Origin: Eledone cirrhosa | Taxonomy: Eukaryota | Direction of reading: 5' to 3' | NCBI GenBank assembly: GCA_964016885.1 | Contig: OZ024765.1 | Coordinates: 11,842,001-11,906,000 of the forward strand | DNA: 64,000 bases | Shown here: piece after piece, positions 1 through 12,293 of the stretch | Position numbering within the stretch: position 1 is the first letter of the stretch | Layout: every line of letters starts with the position of its first letter | Translations under genes and position numbers: made by a program | The notes under the pieces: model-generated | Seen by the model: the letters and a program-made list of their open reading frames with translations, nothing else | Database searches by the model: none | Told to the model about the DNA's origin: nothing

Positions 1-70
1 TGGGAAAACTCCCGTCCAACCCCATGCAAGCGTGGAACATGGACGTTAAACGATGATGATGATGATGATG
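1..70 (+). mobile_element. 3' tail of an RTE-type SINE/LINE ending in (GAT)n, cut by the window edge
   Basis: cccatgcaagcgtggaacatggacgttaaac followed by (gat)n. The same tail recurs more than 15 times in the window (e.g. 19600-19678, 57370-57446). Confidence 0.75.
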
Positions 71-506
71 ATATATACAATAAATGTAATCTGAGTTTTT
101 CAAATATTAATAATAACATTCGATTCATTTGCAATTATGCAAACAAGTCTCAATTTTATAGCCATGTCAGAAGAATGAACACTTCATTCTTGCTCTTGTG
201 TTGGCATGCGAACAGAACTGCAGACACTAATGTTTCTGGGTATCACCCTTCATCAGTACAGTTCACTGTTCACCAAACTGTCAGAGCTAGTGAAAATATG
301 TGCTGTTTTCAAAAATACACAGTGACTGATCGGTCAGATCTGCATATTAGCAGACTGGCCAGTCAGTTTCCTGTATACGAGCGATAAATGGCCGGCTTTG
401 CCAACATAAGAGCAAGAATGAAGTGTTCATTCTACTGACATGGCTATAAAATTGAGGCTTGTTTGCATAATTGCAAACAAATCGAATGTTATTATTAATA
501 TTCAAA

Positions 507-693
507 GGGCGGTGGATTGGCAGTATCGGTAGAGGATCGGACGCCATGCTTTCCAGCATAGTTACGTCCCTTTACGATCTGAGTTCAAATCCCGCCGAGG
601 TTGACTTTGCCTTTCATCCTTACGGGGTCGATAAAATAAAGTACCAGTAATGCACTGGGTAAATGCTGGCCTTGTGCCTAAAGTAGAAACAAT
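507..693 (+). mobile_element. tRNA-derived SINE family A, full length, with TSD
   Basis: A-box-like tggcagtatcggta, B-box gagttcaaatccc, central gcctttcatccttacggggtcgataaaataaagtaccag, 3' end gtagaaacaatt. 16-bp TSD attattaatattcaaa. Confidence 0.85.
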
Positions 694-709
694 TATTAAT
701 ATTCAAAAA

Positions 710-858
710 TGCTTTGACGCATAGAGTTACGGCCCTTGCCATTCTGAGTTCAAATCCCGCCGAGGTTAACTTTGCCTTTCATCCTTACGGGGTCGATAAA
801 ATAAAGTACCAGTAATGTACTGGGTAATTGCTGGCCTTGTGCCAAAAGTAGAAACAAT
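710..858 (+). mobile_element. SINE family A, 5'-truncated tandem copy
   Basis: Same B-box, central motif and tail as 507-693. Confidence 0.8.
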
Positions 859-980
859 TATTAATATTCAAAAAACTACATTTATTGTATTCAGCCATGT
901 AGAGCAAAATTTTCTTTTTTATATATATATATATATATTTGTTTTGGAGTAGGCATTACAATACAACGGGAGGATACAAA

Positions 981-1034
981 ATAGTACCATTGAGGATGTC
1001 ACAGATGTGTGACGAAAGAACTTTGATAGACTAT
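981..1034 (+). ncRNA. Degenerate type I hammerhead-like motif (family H3) in a TA-flanked island (~940-1215)
   Basis: ttgagga-t-gtcaca-gatg-tgtgac-gaaa-gaac-tt. Homologous to the 12444-12488 copy; core position C3 is changed to U. Confidence 0.45.
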
Positions 1035-1217
1035 ATATATACATATTTATATCTGTATTTTTAACCATTGGTATATTGATTGCCAGATAAATTAACTATG
1101 GAGATATAAAAGATACAGAAGCGAAAACCAACCCAAACCAAACAGTGAGTGTGTTGTTATTATTTCTGGCAATATTATAACAATATGATCCTCCCCAAAT
1201 ATAACAATATATATATT

Positions 1218-1440
1218 TACTCAGCTGTAGAAATGAGATGATAGGGGCTGGGGTCCCTATCATTCCACTGCAAAGTGGTCGTGGAGGTGCCACGGCAAAA
1301 AAGCACCCAGCACTCACTGTAAATGAGGTTGGTGTTAGGAAGGGCATCCAGCTGTAGAAATCAAGCCAGAATCAGTTCCCGTCCCACCCTTGCAAGCAGG
1401 GAAAAGTGGACGTAAAATGAAATGATGATGAAATGATGAT
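1218..1440 (+). mobile_element. SINE family B, 5'-truncated
   Basis: Near-identical to the 3' two-thirds of 54815-55154; ends in (GAT)n. Confidence 0.8.
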
Positions 1441-2149
1441 ATATATGTATATGTTTATATTTGTGTGTGTGTGATTATATATATATATGACACAGCTAAG
1501 GTCAACACTAGGAGAGAAAGAAAGAAAACTACAGACAAAAATGTGAACTGTTCTCCCTATATATATATGTATGTAAAGAAAATGTTTTCCCATATTCTTA
1601 TTGTTCTTATTAATATACAATTTAATTGCATTATACACTTCTGTCGTATGAAGAGGCCTACAAGCTGAAACAGGTACAAATAATGTGGAAATTCCTATTT
1701 TGTAAATAAATGTTTTGCTATTATTCTGAGAGAAAATCCCTTTAGCATTTTCTACTGTTTTTTTTTTCTTTTTTACTATTATATAAATATATATATATAT
1801 TGTAGGTCGACTTTGCTTGCCCACAGCCAAAGCTTCGATTTTACTAAGCTTCCAATAGTGTGTATGTATATATATATATATCATAGATTTAGTTAGAAAC
1901 TCAAAAATAGTCGTGTAATATAACTCAAAAAGAGCCGTGTAATATAATTGTGTATATGTATATATATATGTGAGAAAAACCACAGACCCTCCATCTCAAC
2001 TCTACTTTTGAAAAGCAGAAGAACTGCGAAACCGGTAAAGGAACCAAATAAATATATATATTTTTTAAAAAAATAAGACTCCAGTTGCATTTTTGATTTC
2101 ATCTTTTTTTCTTTATACTTTCACTCGTGTAGGACACCTCGGTTATTTT

Positions 2150-2742
2150 TCATTTTGTAAAAAGCTGGACTAATCTTCTTTAACCATCCTTGGAAACTCT
2201 TTGAGATAGTACCTAGTGCTCCTATGACAACCGGGACGACCTTGATCTCATAACAGTCCCAAATCCTTTTTAACTCCCACTTTAAATCCTCAAATCGGTT
2301 AATTTTCTCCCTCTCCTTCTCTTGCACTCTTGTGTCAAAGGGACAGGCTACATCTACAATCAGGCATGATCTTTTTTCCTTGTCAAAAACCAACAGGTCA
2401 GACCTATTGTGTTCTAATTTCTTGTCCGTCTGTATCCTGAAATCCCACAGCACCTTCACCTGATCGTTTTCTATCCCTGACTCTGGCTTATGCTCATACC
2501 ACTTCTCAGAATGTGGTAAATTGTTTACTCTGCATAGATACCAGTGAATCACCTTTCCTGTTATATCATGTCTCCAGCCATTATAGTGAGTCTGGGCTAG
2601 CTGTTTACACTCGGATACAATGTGAGCCACAATTTCCTCTCTCTTTCTTTCCACAGATCCTACACAGTGAGCTAGCCTCCTCCTTGTCAATATGGTGTTT
2701 CACCCACTTCGTTCTGAGGGCCTGCTCTTGCGCAGCCATTAA
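2150..2742 (-). pseudogene. Non-LTR retrotransposon relic, R4/Dong-like: CCHC zinc knuckle plus restriction-like endonuclease
   Basis: Translation reads LMAAQEQALRTKWVKHHIDKEEASSLCRICGKK, frameshift, EIVAHIVSEC...WRHD...LWDFRIQTDKKLEHNRSDLLVFD...IVDVACPFD...VVPVVIGALGT. The typical NRPD motif appears as NRSD. The 5' junction abuts (TAA)n. Confidence 0.85.
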
Positions 2743-2859
2743 TCATTATTATTATTATTATTATTATTATAATCTGTTGTTGTTTCCTTTTGTATTTCAA
2801 TTGTGAATTCCCCTCCACCCCCACCCCAGTATCTTGGGATCTTGTGTCCAATATAATAA

Positions 2860-3194
2860 ATTGTTTTTATTGTTGTTATCATCATCATCAACATCATTAT
2901 TAAGTTTATCATGAACAAAATCATCATCATCATCATCATCATTATTGTTATTATTATTGTTATTATTATTGTTATTGTTATTATTATTATTATTATTGTT
3001 GTTGTTATTGTTGTTATCATCATCATCAGCATCATCATGAATACCATTCTTATTGCTGTTGTTGTTGTTGTCGTCACTGTTTCTGTTGATATAAATCCAT
3101 GCATTAATTCATTTCCAATTCAAAAATTTTTATATTTCTTGTCTCAGAGATTTGGTTATAAAGCAAGGCCTGGTGTAAGATATATGTGTGTGTA

Positions 3195-3263
<69 letters not shown>

Positions 3264-3288
3264 GCGTGTGTGTGTGTGTATATATATA

Positions 3289-3372
<84 letters not shown>

Positions 3373-3788
3373 ATATATATATCATCATCATCATCATCGT
3401 TTAACGTCCATCTTTCACGCTATATACATATATATATATATGTGCGTGTGTGTGTATGTATATATATATATATGTATATGTAGTTATGTTTATGTATATG
3501 TGTATGGCGCTATGTGTGCATGCCAGTATGTATGTTAGTGTGTGTATGCATGCATGTGTGTGTCTGTGTGTGTGTGTGTTAGTATGACTGTCTATGTAAG
3601 CACGTGATTTTGTGTGATTTATTTTGCCTTATCAATTTAAAATTATTGCTCAGGGATTTACAATCAAAAATGTAATTACATACACACACACACATAAACA
3701 CACACACGCACACACACACACACACACACACACGCACATACACACTCTCACACACACACATGCATACACATGCTCACACACACACATG

Positions 3789-3819
<31 letters not shown>

Positions 3820-4470
3820 GCACACACACATACATGCACACATACACACATGCACATACACACTCTCACACACACAAACACACACATGCATACACACGCT
3901 CACACACACATGCACACTCACTCACATACGTACACATGCACACACACGCACACATGCATACATGCACACACACATACATGCACACACACACACACATGCA
4001 TACACATACTCACTCACACATATGCACATATCCACACATACACACACACACACACATACACACGCTCACACACACACATGCATACACACGCTCGCACACA
4101 CATGCACACACTCACTCAAATACGTACACATGCACACACGCATACTCTCACATAAGCACTCACACACAGGCACATACACGCATGCACACTCAAACAAACA
4201 CACACACACACTCACATGTATATTTATATACAGAAAAAAATGCACTAGTTTGTTTATACAGAAACACACACACACACAAACACACACACACACTCAAACA
4301 CACACATACACACACACTCAAACACACGCGCACACACACACAGATGCACACACACACATGTAATTCTATGTAAGCATACACATAGAGGAGCCCACGCATT
4401 TATATATATACACATACATAAAAACACACACGTGCGCTTATTTGAATATATTGTATACGGACATACAAGT

Positions 4471-4502
<32 letters not shown>

Positions 4503-4970
4503 GAGAGAGAGATACATGTATATATTTAAACGTGTGTGTGTGCATATATATATGTGTGTGTGTATGTATATATATATATAGAGAGAGAGATGCATGTATA
4601 TATATATATATATATAAACTTGTGTGTGTGCATATATATATGTGTATATATATATGTGTGTGTGTATGTATATATATATATACAGAGAGAGAGAGAGATG
4701 CATATATATATATATAAACTTGTGTGTGTGCAGATATATATGTGTATATATATATATGTGTGTGTGTATGTATATATAGATACAGAGAGAGAGAGAGAGA
4801 GAGATGCATGTATATATATATATATATAAACTTGTGTGTGTGCATATATATATGTGTATGTATATATATATACAGAGAGAGAGAGAGAGAGATGCATGTA
4901 TATATATATATATAAACTTGTGTGTGTGCATATATATATGTGTATATATATATATATGTGTATAGATATA

Positions 4971-5049
<79 letters not shown>

Positions 5050-5072
5050 ATATATACATATATATATATATA

Positions 5073-5128
<56 letters not shown>

Positions 5129-5339
5129 AACATCCATACACATTATTATGTATATTTATCTCTTAAACACTCAACTTTCCAAACAAACTAGGATTTCTTT
5201 ATCACATCTGTTTGCCTTGTCTCTCTCTTGAGACACACAGACACATAGCCACGAACATAGACACATACACACATATACTTACATACATACTCACACAGTG
5301 ACACACACACAATCACAGATATATGCACACATACACATA

Positions 5340-5385
<46 letters not shown>

Positions 5386-5614
5386 AAGATTTATCAATGG
5401 AGATATACACTTAGTTTCAACAAATATATATATATATATTATATATGTATTATACATATATTATATATGTATATATATTATATATGTATTATATATATAT
5501 TATATATGTATATATATATATATATTATATATGTATTATATATATTATATATGTATTATATATATATTATATATGTATATATATTATATATGTATTATAT
5601 ATATATTATATTTG

Positions 5615-5675
<61 letters not shown>

Positions 5676-5841
5676 ATATATATATATATAAATGAAAGGT
5701 ATAGAAAGTATTGTAGCAAGAAGCCAACAGTATTCCATAATATATTATATATATATATATATAATATATATATATATATTATATATGTATATCATCATCA
5801 TCATTATCATTATCATTTTACGTCCGCTTTTCCCTGCTTGG

Positions 5842-5910
<69 letters not shown>
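2860..5910. repeat. Compound microsatellite field: (ATC/ATT/GTT)n, (TA)n, (CA)n, including a ~100-bp composite higher-order repeat at 4500-4960
   Basis: Direct reading. Blocks of ...tatacag(ag)n-atgcatg(ta)n-aacttgtgtgtgtgca... recur about 5 times. Confidence 0.9.
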
Positions 5911-6126
5911 TGATAAAAGCAAAGTAAACAACTAAAAAAGACCTCAATACAGTAATGTGGAGTGCGATACATAAATTATTAAATATGAAGATTATCTTTC
6001 ATTTACATTACAACTGACAGCTTCACCACTTCTGGACGCTCAAATAATGGCTAACTTTTAGTGGTAATATAAATGAAGAATGATGCAGCTATTAAATTAT
6101 ATATATTTTATATCCCTGTGTGTGAA

Positions 6127-6159
<33 letters not shown>

Positions 6160-6160
<1 letters not shown>

Positions 6161-6268
6161 ATGAAGGAAATGTGGTAAGGAACCAGGTGGACCATAACAC
6201 ACCAAAGAGTACAGAATTAGCCATCGAAACGGCTTGAGCTCAGCCGTCGGGGTCTTACTTGTTCCTAT
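6160..6268 (+). mobile_element. Short TA-embedded element family H6, internally deleted copy
   Basis: Shares aaggaaatgtggtaaggaaccaggtggaccataac and cagaattagccatcgaaacggcttgagctcagccgtcggggtc with 44660-44833. Confidence 0.65.
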
Positions 6269-6269
6269 A

Positions 6270-6307
<38 letters not shown>

Positions 6308-6442
6308 AACAACGTATTTAAAATTGAGTGGCACAGCTTCAAGTGTTCAGTAATTTTTAGACAACTTAATCAGTGAAACAATTGTTATTACTGTAAACAA
6401 AACCCTTTTTTGTACTGTTGACCATGTTATTCTTCACTCTTT

Positions 6443-6507
<65 letters not shown>

Positions 6508-6513
6508 AAGTAA

Positions 6514-6585
6514 GATGTGTTAGTGTAAATGGTAGTACAGTGGTCCGGATAACCAAAGATGTGGGGTCGACTCCCATGTACGTCA
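6514..6585 (+). pseudogene. 72-nt tRNA-like cloverleaf (degenerate tRNA or tRNA-derived head)
   Basis: Acceptor gatgtgt/gtacgtc, D arm gtgt/gtac, anticodon arm tggt-ccggata-acca, T arm gtggg-gtcgact-cccat, T-run about 10 nt downstream. Lacks U33, purine 37 and a TTC T-loop. Confidence 0.55.
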
Positions 6586-6707
6586 ATACTCATCTTTTTC
6601 CATTTCTCCGAGGGTTCTTAACCACACTATCAGGCTAAATAATTTCTTTAATTTCTTTAATGAAAATACGGCGATAGCTTACATTTCTAATAATATATAT
6701 ATATATA

Positions 6708-7047
6708 TCATCATCATCATTTCATTTTACGTCCACTTTTCCCTGCTTGCAAGGGTGGGACGGGAACTGATGCTGGCTTGATTTCTACAGCTGGATGCCC
6801 TTCCTAACACCAATCTCATTTACAGTGAGTGCTGGGTGCTTTTTTGCCGTGGCACCTGCACGACCACTTTACAGTGGAATGATAGGGACCCCAGTCTCTA
6901 TCATCTCATTTCTACAGCTGAGTAAACTGGAACAATGTGAAATAAAGTGTCTTGCTCAAGGAAACAACGCATCACCCGGTCTGAGAATTGAACTCACAAC
7001 CTTTCGATTGCAAGGCCAATGCTCTAATCACTAAGCCATGTGCCTCC
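6708..7047 (-). mobile_element. SINE family B (tRNA head, CORE-like domain, RTE-like tail), full length
   Basis: Minus strand reads catggcttagtgattagagcattggcc...gagttcaattc...ccttgagcaagacactttatttcac...ggaagggcatccagctgtagaaa...ggacgtaaaatgaaa(tga)n. Confidence 0.85.
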
Positions 7048-7131
7048 TAGATATATATATCTACCCAGTGAATTTTCAACCGATAAGGTATGATTTTCAT
7101 GGGTACGTCTCTATTTATAAAACAACCTTTG

Positions 7132-7196
7132 TATTTTATCTGATGAAAGTGCTCCAATGTTGTCTTGGTTGCCCTTGAAATATATATAATAAAATA
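7132..7196 (+). ncRNA. Type I hammerhead ribozyme candidate (family H1)
   Basis: Stem I tattttat/ataaaata; CTGATGA 7140-7146; stem II aagtgc...gccctt; GAAA 7177-7180; palindromic minimal stem III tatata; UA 7187-7188. Confidence 0.65.
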
Positions 7197-7681
7197 AATA
7201 TGGTTTTATAAATATATTTTCCATTTATTTAATATCATTGTATATATATATATATATATCATCATCATCATCATCATCTTCGTTTAACGTCCATCTTCCA
7301 CGCTTGCATGGGTTTGGACGGGAGTTTTCCCACTTGAGGCAAGAGTGGTTGTCTTGCTCGTATAGGACTGTCTGGGTGGGATTTGATCTCAGACGCTCAT
7401 AACTAAATGACGCAAAGTATTTTGTTCGATGTTCCACCGACACTGGCAAGCCACCACCCAAAGAAAACAATTATTAAGATGGTTCTGAGAAGTTTTTAAT
7501 CTCTAAATCGGAAGACATCAGAAAGCAGATTCTTCATTCTCTAAGACTCTTGAATAGAATTCAACCTCAATAACATTTACATAACAACAGGACATAGAAA
7601 ATGTATGTATATATATATATATATATACATACATACAAACATACACATATATATATATATTAAATACATATATGTGTATGA

Positions 7682-7730
<49 letters not shown>

Positions 7731-7906
7731 TATATGTGTATATATACACATACAATTATATGTATATATATACACACAAATATATATATATATATATACA
7801 CAAATATATGTATATATATATATACAAATATATGTATATATATATATTATTTTATCCTTTATACTCTTCCCTTCATATACATATATGTATATATATATAT
7901 ATATAA

Positions 7907-8009
<103 letters not shown>

Positions 8010-8334
8010 TATATAGACATATATATATATATATAGACATATATATATGCATATATACATACGTATATATACACATATATGTGTGTATATATAGGTATAT
8101 ACCATCAAAAAGATCATAATGCATAAAAGATATTTATATTAATAAATATTCAAATATTTTCAACAGGGCTCCAATACTTTACAATGATAAGACAGACATT
8201 TTTAGAGCTCTAAATAATTTTTTTTTCTCCTTTGTTCTATTGCTGTACATTACATAACATTGTTTGGTCATTACATAACAAAATTGTGTAATAATTTGCC
8301 TATATTCCCATCATTATCACCATCAAATGTTTGG

Positions 8335-8580
8335 GAGTATCGTTAGAGCATCAGATACCATGCTTTGCAGCATAGAGTTATGGCCCTTTATGCTCTGAGT
8401 TCAAGTCCTACCGAGGTTAAATTTGCCTTTCATCCATTCATACTTAAGTTAAAGTATTGGTCTGAAAATAAATAATGTCAAAACTCATAGATTCGTTATT
8501 ATGTGAGATAATTATGTGAAATAAAGCCCTTACTATGAAAATACAATAGTAAATATAGAGTAATGTAAATGCTAAAGAAA
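8335..8580 (+). mobile_element. Degenerate SINE-A head followed by the 3' half of the piggyBac-like MITE
   Basis: gagttcaagtcctaccgaggttaaatttgcctttcatcc, then aaaataaataatgtcaaaactcatag...aatgctaaag. Confidence 0.55.
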
Positions 8581-9039
8581 TGGTGAAGAAATGGTGACAT
8601 CTCCATTGCAGGTGCCATGATAAACTACACCATGTACACTCTGTAAAGGAGTTGATGAATGCAACTCAAAACAGTGAGAATACTAGCATGTTGCTGAATC
8701 CATAGAAACTTCTATGATGTTGGTGCCATGATATACAACACCATGTACCCTCTATAAAATACTTCGTGAATGCAACTTGCAGCAAGTATTCTGTCATCTC
8801 GCTGGAGACATGTCAACCCCTCCAATGTGGGTGCCATGATAAAACACACCCAGTACTTAGAGACACAGCATGGAGAAATGTGCCAAAAGTTTGCTAGACA
8901 CTCATTAGGTCCTGGATTTGATCTCAATGTGTAACATCTTAAGCAAGTGTCATTTATAACAGCCTTCGGTTAACCCATAGCTTGAGGGAAATTGGGTAGA
9001 CAGAAGCTGTATGGAAGCCTGTAACGGACAGTACCTATA

Positions 9040-9988
9040 TGTATGTGTGTGTGTGTGTATATGTGTGTGTGCATTTGTATACACACACTGCCTACACAAA
9101 CCACATACATAAGCACATACATACATACATGCACTCATACATACACGCATATATACATACACACAACATATATACATAAACACATACATAGACACATACC
9201 CACACATATACATACATACATACACACATAGGTGCACACATGCATACATAAATACACACACACCTACCTACATACTTATTCACCTACTTAAATACATACT
9301 TATACACATAGATACATATTTACCTACCTATCTATATACATATATATACAGACATATATATACAAACAAATACATACATATACACACACACACATAATTA
9401 CCTACCTACCTACCCACATACATTGAAACACAGACATAGATGCACACATAAATACATTAGACACATACACACCTACATATATACGCACATACATACATAC
9501 CCCAAAGACAAATTGTAGAACACAAAAACATACTAAATAACACAAAAAAAAATCCCCCCAAAACTAACAAGAAAAAATAACATACACCACACAAAAAAAA
9601 AAAATTTAATAAAAACCTCCGAACGAATGTACGGAATATTCTAGCAAAGATAAACAGAATAGAATTATTTCTTTTAATTTTTCGTCTTCAATATTATCTT
9701 TGGAAACGATATATTCTACTTAATGTAGATCTCAAATAAAAAACAAAATGGCTAGGAGTGCTTTGAAGATTAAACATAGTTCTGAATAGAATCTTCTGGA
9801 AATAACCAAAACAAGTTTAAATAATCTACTAAGAATCAAATTGGTAATTGGCATTCTTAAAATTTCATTTGGCACTTGATTTTTCAATATTGTTGGGAAT
9901 TTTGGTGTTGTTGTTGTTATATATGTATATACATATAAATATATGTATGTATGTACATATGTATGTATGTATATATATATATGTAATG

Positions 9989-10050
<62 letters not shown>

Positions 10051-10263
10051 ATGTATGTATGTATATATATATATATATATATATAATATATGTATGTATA
10101 TATGTATATAAATATATATGTATGTATATATATAATGTATGTATGTATATATGTATATATATATATATGTATGTATATATATATATATATATATAAATAT
10201 ATATATGCACATATATATATATATATATATACATATATATATAAATATATAAAATATATATAC

Positions 10264-10339
<76 letters not shown>

Positions 10340-10573
10340 ATACATATATATGCATATATATATATATATGTATATATATATATGCATATATATATATTTA
10401 TATAGATATATACATATATATATATACATATATATATATGCATATATATATATGCATATATATATATGCATATATATATATTTATATATATTTATATATA
10501 TATATATACATATATATATGCATATATATATATTTATATATATAATATACATATATATATATATGCATATATA

Positions 10574-10604
<31 letters not shown>

Positions 10605-10728
10605 GCATATATACATATATATGCATATATATATATATACATACATACATATATATGTGCATATATATACATATATATATATACATACATATATATGTGC
10701 ATATATATATATACATATATATATATAC

Positions 10729-10770
<42 letters not shown>
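9040..10770. repeat. (CA)n, (TACA)n and long (TA)n microsatellites
   Basis: Direct reading. Confidence 0.9.
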
Positions 10771-10771
<1 letters not shown>

Positions 10772-11045
10772 AGTGTTGAAAAATGGATATATGGCGATGA
10801 TGAAACTCTTATAGTAATATAATGTTTAGATAAGTAATTGAGTATATATGGAGTTTGTGGGTATGTGTGTAGAATTTTCCTGTTTTCATCAGTGTGTGTA
10901 TATACATATGTATATAATATTGTAATGAGTTTCCGAGCAGTAATTCATTACAGTACCAATACTCTACTCTTTAAGTATTGAGTACTAAACTAGACAATGG
11001 TCTTACTTACTTAACTGGTAACTCCCAATCTCTCTCTCTCTCTCT

Positions 11046-11383
11046 ATCATCATCATTTCATTTTACGTCCGCTTTTCCCTGCTTGCAAGGGTGGGATGGG
11101 AACTGATTCTGGCTTGATTTCTACAGCTGGATGCCCTTCCTAACACCAACCTCATTTACAGTGAGTGCTGGGTGCTTTTTTGCCGTGGCACCTCAACGAC
11201 CACTTTGCAGTGGAATGATAGGGACCCCAGTCCCTATCATCTCATTTCTACAGCTGAGTAAACTGGAGCAATGTGAAATAAAGTGTCTTGCTCAAGGAAA
11301 CAACACATCACCCGGTCTGAGAATTGAACTTACAACCTTTCGATTGCAAAGCCAATGCTCTAACCACTAACCCATGTGCCTCC
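11046..11383 (-). mobile_element. SINE family B, full length
   Basis: Near-identical to 6708-7047 and 46040-46376. Confidence 0.85.
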
Positions 11384-11690
11384 ATATATATATAATAATA
11401 ATAATATTATTTATCCTTATATATACACTATATATAATTATAAACAGGAAAGGTCAGCACTCTTTCTATACACTTGTACTGCTAATATCCTCATTTTGTG
11501 AGTAACTTTCTTCTTTAATTCCTCTATAATTGTTGTATTATTCTTTTATAACGTTTGTTGTATCTACTGATACTGACCACATCATCTTCACTCTTTAAAT
11601 ATGACACTGTTAATGACAACAATAAGATCTATGTAGCTTTACGATTGTTCTGTGGAATAGGAGGTTAATTATATGTCTAAACTTTGCGAG

Positions 11691-11737
11691 TGCTCTGATG
11701 ATTCCAAACGAAAGTTTGGAAGAAACGATTGTCAGCA
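11691..11737 (+). ncRNA. Minimal type I hammerhead ribozyme candidate (family H2)
   Basis: tgct-CTGATGA-ttccaaac-gaaa-gtttggaa-GAAA-cgattg-TC-agca. Perfect 8-bp stem II with a GAAA tetraloop, GUC cleavage triplet, AATAAA immediately downstream. Confidence 0.75.
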
Positions 11738-11843
11738 ATAAAATGTTTTGAACATAGTTTTGATTATTCTGTAACTTATATATATATATATATATATAGT
11801 AATAATAATAAAATTGAAGACTAAATCCAAAGAGGGCTCGATA

Positions 11844-11898
11844 AGAGTTTCAGAAGATCCTGTTAAGGGTGAAAGCAGCGATTCTTTGCTTAAACTTT
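11844..11898 (+). ncRNA. Degenerate hammerhead-like motif (family H5)
   Basis: agagttt-CAGAAGA-tcc-tgttaa-gggt-GAAA-gca...tgc-TT-aaacttt. Core U4 is changed to A. Confidence 0.4.
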
Positions 11899-11959
11899 AA
11901 TCTGTTATTTTAATAAATATATATATATATAAATCATCATCATCATCATTTTATGTCTG

Positions 11960-12090
11960 CTTTTCTATTCAGCACAGCATCTCTCCACATGTCACGGTCC
12001 TTCATCATCTCCTCGGTGAGTTTCACCGATCTGAGGTCTGCTCTCACCACCTCCGCCCATGTTTTATGTGGTCTACCTCTACCATCTCCA
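11960..12090 (-). pseudogene. RTE-clade LINE ORF C-terminal fragment
   Basis: GDGRGRPHKTWAEVVRADLRSVKLTEEMMKDRDMWRDAVL matches the RGRPxxxW...DRxxWR terminus of RTE ORFs. Confidence 0.75.
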
Positions 12091-12293
12091 TATATATATA
12101 TAGAGAGGGAAAAGTTCACATTTTTGTCTGTAGTTTTCTTTCTTTCTCTCTCAGTGTCGACCTTAGCTGTGTCACCATTAATAGTGGAAGCCAATAGAAT
12201 ATATATATATATATTATATTGGCAATATTGACAACATGACTATCCCCAAATATAACAATATAAGTATATATATATATATATATATATATAAAT

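Larger units (their letters stand above)
75..890. mobile_element. MITE-like element with ~130-bp terminal inverted repeats; right TIR interrupted by two SINE-A copies
   Basis: 75-205 (atacaataaatgta...ttgtgttggca) is the reverse complement of ~398-506 plus 873-890. The sequence attattaatattcaaa is repeated at 491, 692 and 857 around the SINE inserts. Confidence 0.75.

Noticed and set aside
507-600. SINE heads as true tRNA genes
   Set aside because: A and B boxes are present, but the spacing is expanded, there is no cloverleaf, and they are fused to the SINE body in dozens of copies.
6795-7034. Recurring 79-aa ORF MPFLTP... (also 11131, 46124)
   Set aside because: Antisense translation of SINE family B; the apparent conservation reflects element youth.
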